A stretch of 64,000 nucleotides of DNA. Source: Eledone cirrhosa (Eukaryota). The notes under the pieces are model-generated. The model did not search any database and was not told where the DNA came from. It worked only from the letters and a program-made list of their open reading frames with translations. Positions 44,382 to 57,329 of the stretch are shown here, in pieces (within the stretch, counting starts at the first letter, position 1; each line of letters begins with the position of its first letter). The translations under genes were made by a program, and so were the position numbers. The stretch lies in assembly GCA_964016885.1 (NCBI GenBank), contig OZ024742.1, positions 39,308,001-39,372,000 of the forward strand. The letters are read 5' to 3'.

Positions 44382-44619
44382 CTTTCCTGAGGCCATAAGA
44401 TATCATAATTGTTTCTACTTTTGGCACAAGGTCAGCAATTATCCCAGTGTATTACAGGTACTTTATTTTATCGACCCCGTAAGGATGAAAGGCAGAGGTT
44501 AACTTTGCCTTTCGTCCTTACGGGGTCGATAAAATAAAGTATTAGTAATGCACTGGGATAATTGCTGGCCTTGTGCCAAAAGAAGACACAATTATGATAT
44601 CTTATGGCCCCCGGAAAGC
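44382..44619. repeat. palindrome made of a SINE A 3' half plus flanking DNA, centred on GTTAAC (~44500)
   Basis: Arms of ~117 bp that include the non-SINE flank gctttcc..ggccataagatatcataattg. Confidence 0.85.
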
Positions 44620-45120
44620 AGAAATTGAAAATTAGAATTGGTGCTCTGAAATAGCTATATATATATGAATAAGGTCTTCGAAACGCTTTTAATTAAGCAT
44701 ACAGCGTATTGCAAAATACACTATATACACATTCATATATATATATAGCTATTTCAGAGCACCAATTCTAATTTTCAATTTCTGCTTGACCGGCAACCGC
44801 TCTGTATAATCAGTTCCTGATTATTTACTAGAATTCTATAAGAACCAAACATCCATGATTTCAGCAAACAGGAGGAGTAGTTGGCTTTGATAAGCATCAA
44901 TAAATGCGAAACAAGGCCTTGTCAGCTTTATCTCCCCCTGTTTGCTGAAATTAAAGTAAGTGAGTCTGTCACTACTCTAAAACAATAGCATAAGGTCTTC
45001 GAAATGCTTTTAATTAAGCATACAGTGTATTGAAAAATACACTATATATACATTCATATATATATATACTTTTATTCTTTTACCTGTTGCAGCCATCTGG
45101 CTGAGGCCATGATAGGGCAC

Positions 45121-45169
<49 letters not shown>

Positions 45170-45174
45170 CGTAA

Positions 45175-45497
45175 AGACCCCCCCCCCCCCCCTTCGGTCA
45201 CGAATGACCATGGGATTTGCACCTAGAAAGTTCCCCTCCAAGGCACAAGTCTAAGCAAGATTGTTTGTGGAAGACCATCAGTCGCCCATGCATACCAGTC
45301 TCTCCTCTCCACACCACCAATGTTATCCAAGGGAAAGGCAATGGCTGATACAGCTTGGCACCAGTGACGTCACAACTCATTTCTACAGCTGAGTGAACTG
45401 GAGCAGTTCTTGCTCAAGAACACAACGCAAAGCCCGGTCCGAGAATCAAACTTACAGCCTCACGATTGTAAGCCTGACGCTTTAACCACTAAGCCTT
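45175..45497 (-). mobile_element. SINE family B
   Basis: Colinear with 25792-26124. Confidence 0.8.
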
Positions 45498-45684
45498 CAC
45501 ATATATATTCGGTGCGCTTCTCTAGTATCCGTTTACCAAATTCCACTCACAAGGTATTGGTTAACCAGTGGTTGAAGATACTTGCCCAAGATTCCACGGG
45601 CTGAACGCTGAACAAATTGGTTGCGAAGTAAACTATTGCCAAAATATAAGTGTAAAAATATATGTTGAAAAACATTAAATAAAT

Positions 45685-46088
45685 AATGGTTTCTTTTATA
45701 GGCACAAGGCCATCAATTACCCAGTGCATTACTGGTACTTTATTTTATCGACCCCGTAAGGATGAAAGGCAAAGTCAACCTCGGCGGGATTTGAACTCAG
45801 ATCGTAAAGGGACGTAACTATGCTGGAAAGCATGGCGTCCGACCCTCTACCGATACTGCCAATCCACCGAAATAATGGTTTCTTTTATAGGCACAAGGCC
45901 AGCAATTTTAGGGGAGGGGAAAGTCGATTGAATCGACCACAGTGCATGACTGGTGCCCCAGTGCATGACTGGTACGTAAGGGTGAAAAGCAAACCTCGGA
46001 GCGATTTGAACTCAGATCATAAATGGCCGTAACTCTATGCTGCAAATCATGACATCCGACCCTCTACCGATACTGCCAATCCACCGCC
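45685..46088 (-). mobile_element. two tandem SINE family A copies
   Basis: 45685-45868 and 45875-46088. Confidence 0.75.
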
Positions 46089-47207
46089 CTCAGAAAACAT
46101 AGTTTATATGGAACATTGTGAAATATGCGGTTAAAATAGATAAATAAATAAGTGAAAATAGGAGTAAAGTTAGACAAGGAAACAACGGTTTAATATTTTT
46201 TCTTTATATTTCATGATATTTCTGAGTTAGAACCACCTTTTTCAGAATAAAAAGAAAATAGAGTATGATGGTGATGTTGAAAAAAGAAAATTTCGTTGGA
46301 AAATATTGTTGAAAAGTGTTTTGAAAAATTGTTGAACGATATTAAAACGGAATATTTTAAGAAAATCAGGGTAATCAAAATGCTATTAAAAAGCTATTTA
46401 AATTTGAGAAGTTACTATTGGAATAATAAAAAAAATTGTAATGTCTCACGTTTCGGGGAAAAGGTGTCAAATGAGATACGAGCAAACGATAAAATTACTT
46501 TAAGGGCCAATCACACAATCATAGAAAATAACGACTACTTTAAATTATTCGGATTTACAAAGGGTGATAAATCACCAAGGACTTCCTGGGTAGTAAAAAA
46601 AAAAAAAAATTAGATTTTTGTTGACAAAATACATAATAACCTGGTTTACAGAACTAACGAAGTCACTTTAGAAATGATAGAATGAACACGAATTTAATGC
46701 ATATATCTGTGTTTCTCTCTCTCTCTCCCTTTCGCTCCCTCTCCCTCTTTATATAAATATATGCTTGTGTAAACAGGAACATGGCTAAATGAATACACCG
46801 CCTCCCACCCACTCTCTTTCTCTCTCTTATATATATATATATATAAGAGAGGGAGAGAGGGGTGGGGGTAGGCGGTATATTCATTTAACCATGTTCCTGT
46901 TTACAGAAACATATTTGTTAATAGTTTTAGTGGTGTTGGTGAATGTAGATGTTGGTGCAAACAAGGGATTTTTTAATTTGAGAGAAATAGACAATTTATG
47001 GCTGTCGACAAAGCTACACATTTTCCCATCTCTCACCTTTTGCAAATCATGAAATTTGTGAAACCGATAAAGTTATAAATTATTGTAAATAAAGCTTTTT
47101 AAAGACTCCTATAGGATTTTCAACTTCTTTTCCCTCTCTCTATATAAATCAAAACAGAAACTTAGACAAAAGAGAGCCAGAGACTTTTAAACCACTATCC
47201 TTTAGAC

Positions 47208-47497
47208 CAGTCATGGGCAACCTGCGTCCGCGAAGCTTTCGGAATGGCTCGCCTTAGTCACCTAAGTGAAAACTTTCTGATTGTTTTATCCCAAATTTTC
47301 AACCGTAATTTATCTTTCTATAATTGTTTACGATCGAAGAAAACAACGTGTACGAATTCTGAAGAAACAAATCAAAACAACCTGAGTTACCGCCCCTTTT
47401 TAAATATGGGCACGAATGTAAATTAGCACTTGCGGCCTGTCTGATGATGAGCCATATCTCATGCGGCCCGCTTCTCGAAAAAGGTTTCCCATACCTG
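47208..47497. mobile_element. hAT (Charlie-like) MITE
   Basis: TIRs CAGTCATGGGCAACCT and AGGTTTCCCATACCTG, a subterminal TGCGGCCCG motif, and a perfect 8 bp TSD CTTTAGAC at 47200-47207 and 47498-47505. Confidence 0.9.
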
Positions 47498-48329
47498 CTT
47501 TAGACACAGAAATAGACTGGTATTATTTAGCAGTTGATGGATAAAAATCCTTACATACTCGTATTTGGCGTTTTACACTGTTACTGAGGTAGCTGTGACA
47601 AGATCACTGTTCAAAATACCCACAGTGAGACTTATTTATATGTTTAAAAAAAAAAAAATTTAAACATATACTGTATATGCTTTCATATACGCCTCTAATC
47701 ATTCAGTAATAGCGATTGCCTATGTATGATGTTTATCGAGTGGCGGTATGTATGTTGTATATTGTATGAGATACTATGTGATATATTCAATAATAGTGAA
47801 TGCCTTATACCTATTATTATACTCTTTGTAATACATAATCATACACAAACAAAAATTTAAACCAGGTATTGAAACCAAGCAATAAGTGAGTCTCTATCTG
47901 CTTGCTCTATCCGCGAGATGTTTGTGTGTGTCTCTCTCTCTGTATGTGTGTGTGTGTTAAATGTTTGTGTGTATGTCTATGTGTGTGTGTATATGTGTGT
48001 GTTGTGTGTGCCCGTGATTGTATGTGTATATATGTACAAGGACTTTGTAGTTCGTTTGGAACAAGAGAGTGCCTAAATTCATCAACATTTCTAGACGTTT
48101 ATAATCTCACCATTCGAATGTGAAGTGCTGTTGACGTCGCTAATGCATTTTTAAAAATAGTAGGTAAATGTAGTTTGTGTAGACTTTACTGCAAACTCTG
48201 AGCGTTAGATTTATATATAATCAATCACGTGTATTTTTTATGAAGTGTCTATTTTGTCTGTGTTTATTTTAGCATTTGTTATGAGTAATTCTTCGACAAT
48301 TAGTATACAAACAAGACAACCTCCCCAAG

Positions 48330-49035
48330 TTATAATACCCCTCCTCCCCCTCAAAGAAACATATATATGAAATCGCCAAAGAAGTAGATAGTATTATCAA
48401 AGAATACAAATGAGAAAATTACAGTATAAGGTCATCTGAAGAATTAAAAAAAGGTTTTAGAAGAAACTTATGAAGCAGGTACTATCTCCAGGAGAAATTA
48501 CTAGTGATATGTTCGCTGCTCAAAGGGCAATTTATATTAAAAAAAGATTGAGTATCCATGTGTTCTCCCTTAGGACCAACCTTTGCGGAATTCCATCTAG
48601 CCACAATAGAGTACAAATATGTACAAGACAAACATTTAATACACACCAGATACGTGGAGAATATACTCATTGAAATGGATACACTGGAAGACGTCAAGGA
48701 AGACATTAAAAGCTACTCCCTACAAAAATGAAACACCCAGAAAATAAAAAGGCTACTCCCCTCAAAAATGTATCACCAAGAACAATACAAAATACGACAC
48801 CATTTTTTGATATAAACATTGAGAGTGAAAAAAGAAAACAATAACAGGTTCATCACAATTGAGTGCACCAAAAACACGAATAAAAATCTTCTTACGTGGA
48901 GATACGACGTATCTGTCACAAGATGTCGGTAGTAAATCTCTACTTAGAAAAGTATTTAGACTCGCTTCCACAAACAAAGCACTAGATATAAATATCTACA
49001 GACTCATTAATTAACAATGGATATCCTGACAGGCT
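48330..49035 (+). pseudogene. old, decayed Penelope/Poseidon-like RT
   Basis: D*VSMCSPLGPTFAEFHL..IE...RYVENILI (degenerate G.SMGSPLGP..A and RYVDD), then KSLLRKVFRLAS...LINNGYP (thumb). Confidence 0.7.
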
Positions 49036-49117
49036 AGACCAGGCTACATTTGAATATAATCAATTAATTGTTTCTGTAATTAATTGTAATCTGAGTTTTT
49101 CGAATATTAATAATCAT

Positions 49118-50000
49118 TATTTCTCCTTTTGGCACAAGGCCAGCAATTACTGGTACTTTATTTTATCGACCCCATAAGGATGAAAGGCAAAGTTAATCTC
49201 GGCGGGATTTGAACTCAGAATGGCAAGGGCCGTAACTATGCTGGAAAGCATGGCGTTCGACTCTCTACCGAGACTGCCAATCCTAATTAATACAAGCACG
49301 ACACAACGATATGATGAGTAGAAACGTAACAGGCGTGTATTTCTATTTTTATTAAAGATAAATTTAAAAACAAAGGCATCGAGGATAATCTCTAGGTTTC
49401 TCTCTCGGTGGTCAAGGAAAGGAATGGATCTATCTAAGTTCACATTTATTAGTCATTCATCAAGACCAATTACTCGTTCCTGTTCACAAGAAAGAGAACA
49501 GTAGGTCATTGAAAGGCGCTCCATCAGTTTCGACAATGGGTGTCCAGATTTTTGATCATCGGAACAGATTGCTCGTGAAATTAATGTCAGTAAATGAGCA
49601 TTCCAGAGACATTAAAGTAATTCACATTCTGCGTGAGTGTATGACAGAGGTGACCCATTGAATCATAGGTATCATATAACCAATTTCCCTCACAAAGAAT
49701 GGGTCGCCTCAAAGGTTGAAGCAATGCAGTGAGATCAAACCTGAGACATAATGATTGCGAAGCGACCCGCTTAATCATTTGGCTACGCTGCGTCCACAGT
49801 AGTTCATAGATATTAATAATTGTTTCTACTTTTGGCACAAGGCCAGCAGTTATCCAATGCATCACTGGTACTTTATTTTATCGACCACGTAAGGATGAAA
49901 GGCAAAGTTAACTCCGGTGGTATTTGAACTCAGACAGCAAAAGCACCTAACTATGCTGGAAAGAATGGTGTCCGGCCCTTTACCGATACGGCCAATCCAC
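49118..50000 (-). mobile_element. SINE cluster: family A at 49118-49283 and 49817-50000, and a diverged tRNA-SINE at ~49520-49790
   Basis: Homology to the other copies in the window. Confidence 0.65.
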
Positions 50001-50289
50001 TGATATTAACAATATTTGGAAATTAGATAGAAGTAGATTAGCCTGTCACTTTGGCAGAAGTGAGCAAGCGTTGGCAATGTGAATTAATTAAATGGTGGAA
50101 ACACTCGAGTAAGATAGGATAATGGAAATGTGGAATAAACCTACACAAAGCTGTCTGATTTAAACAGCAACGTTTCATCTACTTTTCCAATCAATTAATT
50201 AATAAACTTCTATGTATACATATATACACATACGAACACGCCCCTCCCACATATATATGGGAAGTTGAGTCTATGTTTATGTATGTATG

Positions 50290-51023
50290 TTATCTCTTTC
50301 TCTTAATTTCGAGTATATTTTTTTGACCGGCCACCTTCCTGGTGGCAAGGTTGTAAACGAAAAGAAATTGTCATCCCTTGAATCGCAAGAATGTTTTGCA
50401 AATTTTGAAGGTGCCAGCTATCGCAGCCATTTGTAGACTATGAATTAGGGAGCTGCGCTTTTTGTCCGTAAGTCCAAGTTCAGTCATACTTTGGTCCAAG
50501 CGGGTTGGTATATAACCCGTAGCTCCAATAATGATGGGTATGAAGCTAAAGGTGTATCTTGGATACTGGATTTGTAAACTGCTCATCAATGGTCCGTAGA
50601 TGTCCTCCTTCTCCTGTATTTTTCTGACAACGTTTACATCAAGTGGGTAGCTGATCTCCACAACAGAACACGTTTTCAATGTGTGGTCCCAAACTACAAT
50701 ATCAGGCCGGTTGTGCTTTAATTTGGTGACAGTTTTTATTTTCAGGTTCCACCAGTATTCCTTAGTGCCATCTGTCTCAATATATTCTTCCTCGTTTGTT
50801 GTTAATTTTGTTTTCCGAAGTGCGTTCCAGATGGTTCTAGCTATCCCATCGTGTCTCATGGGGAGGTAGTAGCGAGATGACATTCTTTCGCAGCTGGCAA
50901 CAATGTGGCTTACATCCTCGATCTTTGTTTTACATAGCCTACATTTATTGTCAGCTGCTGGCCCTCCTCTTTTGTGCAGCAGATATTTGGTAGGGAGTTC
51001 TTGTTCCTGTATTGCATAGAGAT
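50290..51023 (-). mobile_element. R4/Dong-clade non-LTR retrotransposon 3' fragment (CCHC plus restriction-like endonuclease) in (CATA)n
   Basis: EGYLYAIQEQ..., CRLCKTKIEDVSHIVASC, RHDGIA, HNRPDIVV, KEDIY. Stop at 50371. (CATA)n on both sides. Confidence 0.88.
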
Positions 51024-51134
51024 ATCCCTCAAGGTATGTATGTATGTATGTATGTATGTATGTATGTATGTATGTATGTATGTATGTATGTATGTATGTA
51101 TGTATGTATGTATGTATGTATGTACGCACGTATG

Positions 51135-51176
<42 letters not shown>

Positions 51177-51307
51177 GCAATGTATAGGTATACTTACATT
51201 AACTATTAACGTTACTGTTTTCACACTTTCATGATTGTCAAAAGATAAGTAAGATTGAGAGATGTGTGTCTATGCCGTGATTTGTCTTACATCTCTCTCT
51301 CTCTTTC

Positions 51308-51382
<75 letters not shown>

Positions 51383-51556
51383 CTAACTCCATATATATAT
51401 ATAAAAGAAAAATATATATATCGATCGACTTTCGTCAAGTCGGACCGAGGAAACAATGTTTTCTTCGGTCTTTCCGGTTGCTAGTACTATCTATCGGTCG
51501 CAACTCCAGGTAGAAGGAGCAACGTGAAATAAAGTGTCTTGCTCAAGGACATAACG

Positions 51557-51626
<70 letters not shown>

Positions 51627-51760
51627 ATAGAATGAAACGAAATTTCATTTCTCACTCTTAGTACGGCAGTTACTTAAATTACTAATTAGGCTGCTCAGCC
51701 GTTAATATGCATAAGGAAAGTATATACTTTCAGACGTTCAACCATCTGGCAGGAAGGTAT

Positions 51761-51803
51761 ACGATGCTGACGATAGCTAATAAGCTTGAAACTAGTACAT
51801 CGT
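51761..51803 (+). ncRNA. clean minimal type I hammerhead ribozyme within a ~310 bp element (51622-51930)
   Basis: acgatg-CTGACGA-t-agct-aata-agct-t-GAAAC-ta-GTA-catcgt: 6 bp stem I and palindromic stem III. The element ends match 14740-14895 in reverse. Confidence 0.85.
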
Positions 51804-52032
51804 TCCTGTGTCAGTGTTGAAGAAAAAGGTGACGTGGTTGCCTAAACACTGTACGGCGTAATTCGGGCTGTTTGTTTGTTTACAAACAAACCGAGCATTA
51901 TAATAAATGTTCGGTAAACCGATACGTGCATATATATATATGTGTGTATGTATGTGTATATATACATACTACTGTACGTCTGTATGTACGTATACATACA
52001 TACATATGTATGTATGTATACATACATACATA

Positions 52033-52112
<80 letters not shown>

Positions 52113-52485
52113 TGTGTGTGTGCGTCAATAATTATGCACGTAAGTATATCTATATGCAATGCATGTCTGTGAATATATAAACGATTTAGACTGTGTACCC
52201 GATGGCTTGACAGGTTTATCGATCCATTTCGAAGCCGTATGTTAGGCAGATGACTACAGGAGAGCCAGCAATCCATCCCTTGGCGTGGGCGTATGTGTAT
52301 ATATCTGTATGTATACTGACACAAGTATGAGTTGTGTGTTTGTATCACTGCGTTTTCTTCATATGTCTAATCTGTTTGTATAGAGACTTGCTTAGACACC
52401 CACAACCAGATAGTTACAAACTCTCTATATATGCATATATGTATGTATTGATGAATGCATGTATGTGTGTATGAATGTATGTATG

Positions 52486-52544
<59 letters not shown>

Positions 52545-53421
52545 CAACCCCCACACCTACAACTCCCTCCCCATTTCTACTAATAGAACCACTTTCCTAC
52601 ACACATATATATATACACACACAAAATATATATTCTCTCCATCTTAACATACACACACACACAACTCCCTCCCCCATCTCTACTAATAGAATCATCTTCC
52701 AATACACACATACACACACACACACACATACACACACACAAGCACACAAATAAACACATATCTTCAGTCGCAATAGAAAATCTGAACTCTGACACCTGAA
52801 CTCTGACAGCTGGCCATATTCACTGAACCAGAACATTTCTCCCAATCCCTTTTCCCTTGACCACTATCTCTCCATTGTCATAACATTCACTATAAAGACT
52901 ACAGAATAGTTTTCCAAATAAGGGCGCAAAAATGTAATGAAAACTTGTTCACGTGACAGCCAAATTTCATTTATAACCAACCCCCAAAAAGCCTTCGTGA
53001 GCCTCCTTTTTTCAAGTAAAAAGAAATTCAAACACTCATATATGAAAAAACAACCTGTGACAACCCCCCCTCTCTTATTTGAAGAACTATTGTAACGCGA
53101 ACTGGCGCGAAATTTATTATAATTATTGACAAACCAATCAAATTACTTCTCGAAAAACCTGGCTTTCGAGCCACTTTTTCCATATAAAACAAGTAAAATT
53201 CAGAGACCAACCAGATGTGAGAAAAACCACAGACCATCCATCTCAACTCACCTTTTGAAAAGCAGAAGAACTGCGAAACCGGTAAAGGAACCAAATAAAT
53301 ATATATATTTAAAAAAAAAAAATAAGACTTCAGTTGCATTTTCGATTTCATCTCTTTTTCTTTATACTTCCACTCGTGTAGGACACCTCGGTTATTTTTC
53401 ATTTTGTAAAAAAAACCTCAC

Positions 53422-53493
<72 letters not shown>

Positions 53494-53696
53494 GTGAGGT
53501 TGTTTTTTACAAATTGAAAAATAACCGAGGTCTCCTACACGAGTGAAAGTATAAAGAAAAAGAGGTGAAATCGAAAATGCAACTGTAGTCTTATTTTTAA
53601 AAAATATATATATTTATTTGCTTCCTTTACCCGTTTCGCAGTTCTTCTGCTTTTCAAAAGGTGAGTTGAGATGGAGGGTCTGTGGTTTTTCTCACA
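52545..53696 (+). mobile_element. 3' UTR/pLTR of the same Neptune family as 15241-18978, plus a tail-to-tail inverted pLTR (53488-53696)
   Basis: 52545-53428 is colinear with ~18110-18978. Confidence 0.9.
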
Positions 53697-53806
53697 TATA
53701 TATATATATATATATATATAAGTTTATTCTGAGTTCAATCGGGGGTAACCACAGTAGGTAAGGTACTCAATACATAGCAGAGTATAAATACTTAATATAG
53801 AAATGA

Positions 53807-53853
53807 CTTCTACAGGTCTAGAACTGTTTCACTCGGGAGAAATCATCAGGAAG
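53807..53853 (-). ncRNA. hammerhead ribozyme in a 150 bp mini-element (53720-53875) with a short fold-back
   Basis: Reverse complement reads cttc-CTGATGA-tttctcccgagt-GAAAC-ag-ttctagac-ct-GTA-gaag. Confidence 0.7.
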
Positions 53854-53897
53854 CCCTGATGATTTCTCCCGAAATATATATATATATATATATATAT

Positions 53898-56800
53898 TTA
53901 TAAGATCAAAAGATGGTTAAAAGTGTTCCATGTATTTTATTATGCGCATTTCAAAAACAAATATCATCATGCAATAACATTTGCGTTTTCGTCAGATAAA
54001 ATAGGGAGACATGATATGAAGGTTAAAAAACACTTGTGAATAGTGCAGTTTTAAATCAACATATGAAAAGTAGTTTTAGATTGATGAGTGATATTTTGAA
54101 AAAAAATTGAGGGGGGTGGGGTGGAAAGGATGAAAAAGAGGAAGAGATGAGAGTAAAAAGTGGAGGGGGAGGAGTATAATGAGGAAGGATGAGATAAGAG
54201 GAGAGATGGGTGATAGAGAGAGAGAGAGAGAGATAGCTTTTATAACTGAGAAAAATATATTCTTTTACATAGAGAGGTTAAAAAACCGTTGGAAGATAAT
54301 ATATAAAAATTAAAACAATTTGAAAATTAATGAAGAGAAAAATGTTTTAGAATAATGCTAAATTAAGGTTTGTATATTGAAGGGTTTAATAATATGTGCG
54401 ATGAAAAGAAATTTTTAATATGTATTAAGAATAATATTTAAGGGTTTAATAATATGTGCGATGGAAAGAAATTGTTGATATGTATTATTAAAAAATATAA
54501 AAATATAACAATAGTAATGTAATTAAGGATATATTGTGAAAAGAAGTAGAAGAGTGGATGAATAAGTGTAATATGTATAAGTTAGATGAGCATGAAAGGG
54601 AGAAAAAAATAATGAATTGAGGATGAATAATCTAACGTCAATCTAATCTAATCGGAAAATTCCTCAACTTAGCGGTGGAATTTATCGTGACGATGGACTC
54701 TTTACTATCTTAAATGGCAACATAGTTAACCTTAATATTATTAAGAACAATATACGGAATCTCTTTAACCAACATAACTTAAAAATTGAATTTGATAACA
54801 GCATCAAACTAGCTAATTTCTTGGATGTATCTCTTAATCTTGATACTGGCCTATATTACCCTTACCATAAAAACAATGAGAACCTAAATTATGTTAATTT
54901 TAAATCTAACCACCCCACTAATATTAAGAATGCTATAGTTAGTAATATTGGAAAAAGAATATCCAACCTATCATCTAATAAAAACATCTTTGATGCTAAC
55001 GCCAATTACTATAATAACGCGCTTTCTAAAGCCGGTTATCCTGATAAAATCAAATATAGTAAAGAAACAAATTCTAGAAGATCTTACAGTAGAATAATTA
55101 ATCATGATCATTCCAATAACTTTAATAAAAGACCTAGATACAAAAACATAATCTGGTATAATGCTCCTTTTTCCATCTCTATTAATAATAATATTCCTAA
55201 ATTATTCTTTAGTGCCTTAAATAAATGCTTCCCTCCCTCACATATCTATAGTAAAATATTTAACAAACACACTATAAAATTTTCCTATTCGACCTCCTCC
55301 AACTTCTCCAACATTATCTCTAAACACAACAATAAAATACTAAATACTAAATATCTTCCTTCCAACACTGAATATCATAATAATAGTAATAGTACTCCCG
55401 ACGTCATTGTTAACTCTAGGCTAATTTCTGCAAACCCAAATACAACGTCAAACGCAACTTCGTTAAATGTTCTTAATCCCATTCTAAATCAAGAAACTAT
55501 TATTCCTATCGTAAATAACTTCTCCAATCCAATTCCTTCTATAGATAACACTAGGTCACTTGTTAATAACTCTGTTAATTTCTCTAATCGCAATTGTAAT
55601 TGCTCTGTTAAAAATAAATGTCCTCTCAACAACCATTGTCTTGAAAAAAACTTAATCTACGAATGTAAAGTTATAACTGACACCAATTCCTTTACCTATT
55701 TTGGTTCCACTTCCACCTCCTTTAAAGCTCGTCTTTATAATCATCATTCGTCTTTTAAATACCAACTTAAAATAACCAACACAGCACTCTCAGAACTCAT
55801 ATGGTCCTTGAAAGACAAAAATATTAACTATAACATCTCTTGGAAGAAGGTTTGTTCTGCTTCTCCATACTTGAATGGTTCTCTATCCAAGACATACAAT
55901 CTCTGTTTATGTGAAAAATTTACCATTATATCTAATTTAAATTCTATAATAAATAGACGCACTGACTTGTTTTCTCTCTGCTTGCATAAATTCCACAGAA
56001 CATTCCATAAAGTATACAGCTAATATCTAATACTTTACCAATTTAAAATCCTTTTCTCAAAGGCACATATATATACATATATATTTCTTTAAAAATATAC
56101 CCATCTTTCTACCTTATTTCAATGTTATTTATTATACATTATATAATACTAGTTACCCATTCTATATCACTCCTATTTATCACTTCCCTTTCTTTCTTTT
56201 TTCCTTTTTTCTTTTCTTTTTTTCTTTTTCTTTTAATTTCTAACCTCTAATCTGTACCTTTTCTTCCTAGATACTTCTCAATTCTCATTATTACTCAGCA
56301 CAATATATCCTTACTTTATAATATCGCCTTGAAAAATCCTTCGTAAACATAAACATTTTTTGACGTTAGATTATTCATCCTCAATTCATTATTTTTTCTC
56401 CCTTTCATGCTCATCTTATACATATTACACTTTTCACAATATATCCTTAATTACATTACTATTGTTATATTTTTATATTTTTTAATAATACATATCAACA
56501 ATTTCTTTTCATCGCACATATTATTAAACCCTTCAATATACAAACCTTAATTTAACATTATTCTAAAATTTTTCTCTTCGTTAATTTTCAAATTGTTTTA
56601 ATTTTTATATATTATCTTCCAACGGTTTTTTAACCTCTCTATGTAAAACAATATATTTTTCTCAGTATAAAAGCTATCTCTCTCTCTATCACCCATCTCT
56701 CCTCCTATCTCATCCTTCCTCATTATACTCCTCCCCCTCCACTTTTTACTCTCATCTCTTCCTCTTTTTCACCCCACCCCCCTCAATTTTTTTCCCAATA

Positions 56801-57082
56801 TCACATATCAATCTAAAACTACTTTTCATATGTTGTTTAAAACTGCACTATTCACAAGTGTTTTTTAACCTTCATATCATGTCTCCTTATTTTATCTGAC
56901 GAAAACGCAAATGTTATCGCATGATGACATTTGTTTTTGAAATGCGCATAATAAAATACATGGAACTCTTTTAACCATCTTTTGATCTTATATATTATTT
57001 ATACTCCAGTCCTACAAACTGTAGAGTGCTACTTATCCGATATTTGCATTGCTTTATTGTACTACAATAAAACTCACCTCCT
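53898..57082 (+). mobile_element. Naiad-type PLE, 5'-truncated, with a ~700 bp inverted 3' UTR/pLTR at its 5' end
   Basis: 53898-54641 is the reverse complement of ~56360-56990. HHRs at 56889-56956(+) and 53935-54003(-). Confidence 0.9.
54653..56023 (+). pseudogene. Naiad-type RT C-half, thumb and GIY-YIG (open frame, 5'-truncated)
   Basis: GGIYRDDGL, NFLDVSLNL, SNHP, IIWYNAPFS, CNC....CPL...C, NLIY..TYFGST..FKARLYNH, LCLCEK. Confidence 0.9.
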
Positions 57083-57200
57083 ACATATATATATATATAT
57101 ATGGGAGCGTCTCCAAGAACCAAAGTATTTTCTTCCTGTTTTCCTCCGGTTGCAATCTCTTTCGAAATATTTACTTCTGCGTTCACAGATTGATTTTTTT

Positions 57201-57251
57201 AGTTTCAGAAGATCCCGTTAAGTGTGAAAGCAGCGATTTTTTGCTTAAACT
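57201..57251 (+). ncRNA. degenerate hammerhead motif; its 3' half recurs at 29625-29672 (minus)
   Basis: agttt-CAGAAGA-..-GAAA-gca..tgc-TTA-aact. Confidence 0.45.
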
Positions 57252-57262
57252 TTAATCTGTTA

Positions 57263-57328
<66 letters not shown>

Positions 57329-57329
<1 letters not shown>

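Noticed and set aside
54653-56023. Selenoprotein-type Naiad
   Set aside because: Some Naiads use UGA-Sec, but this fragment has no in-frame TGA and its Cys codons are standard.
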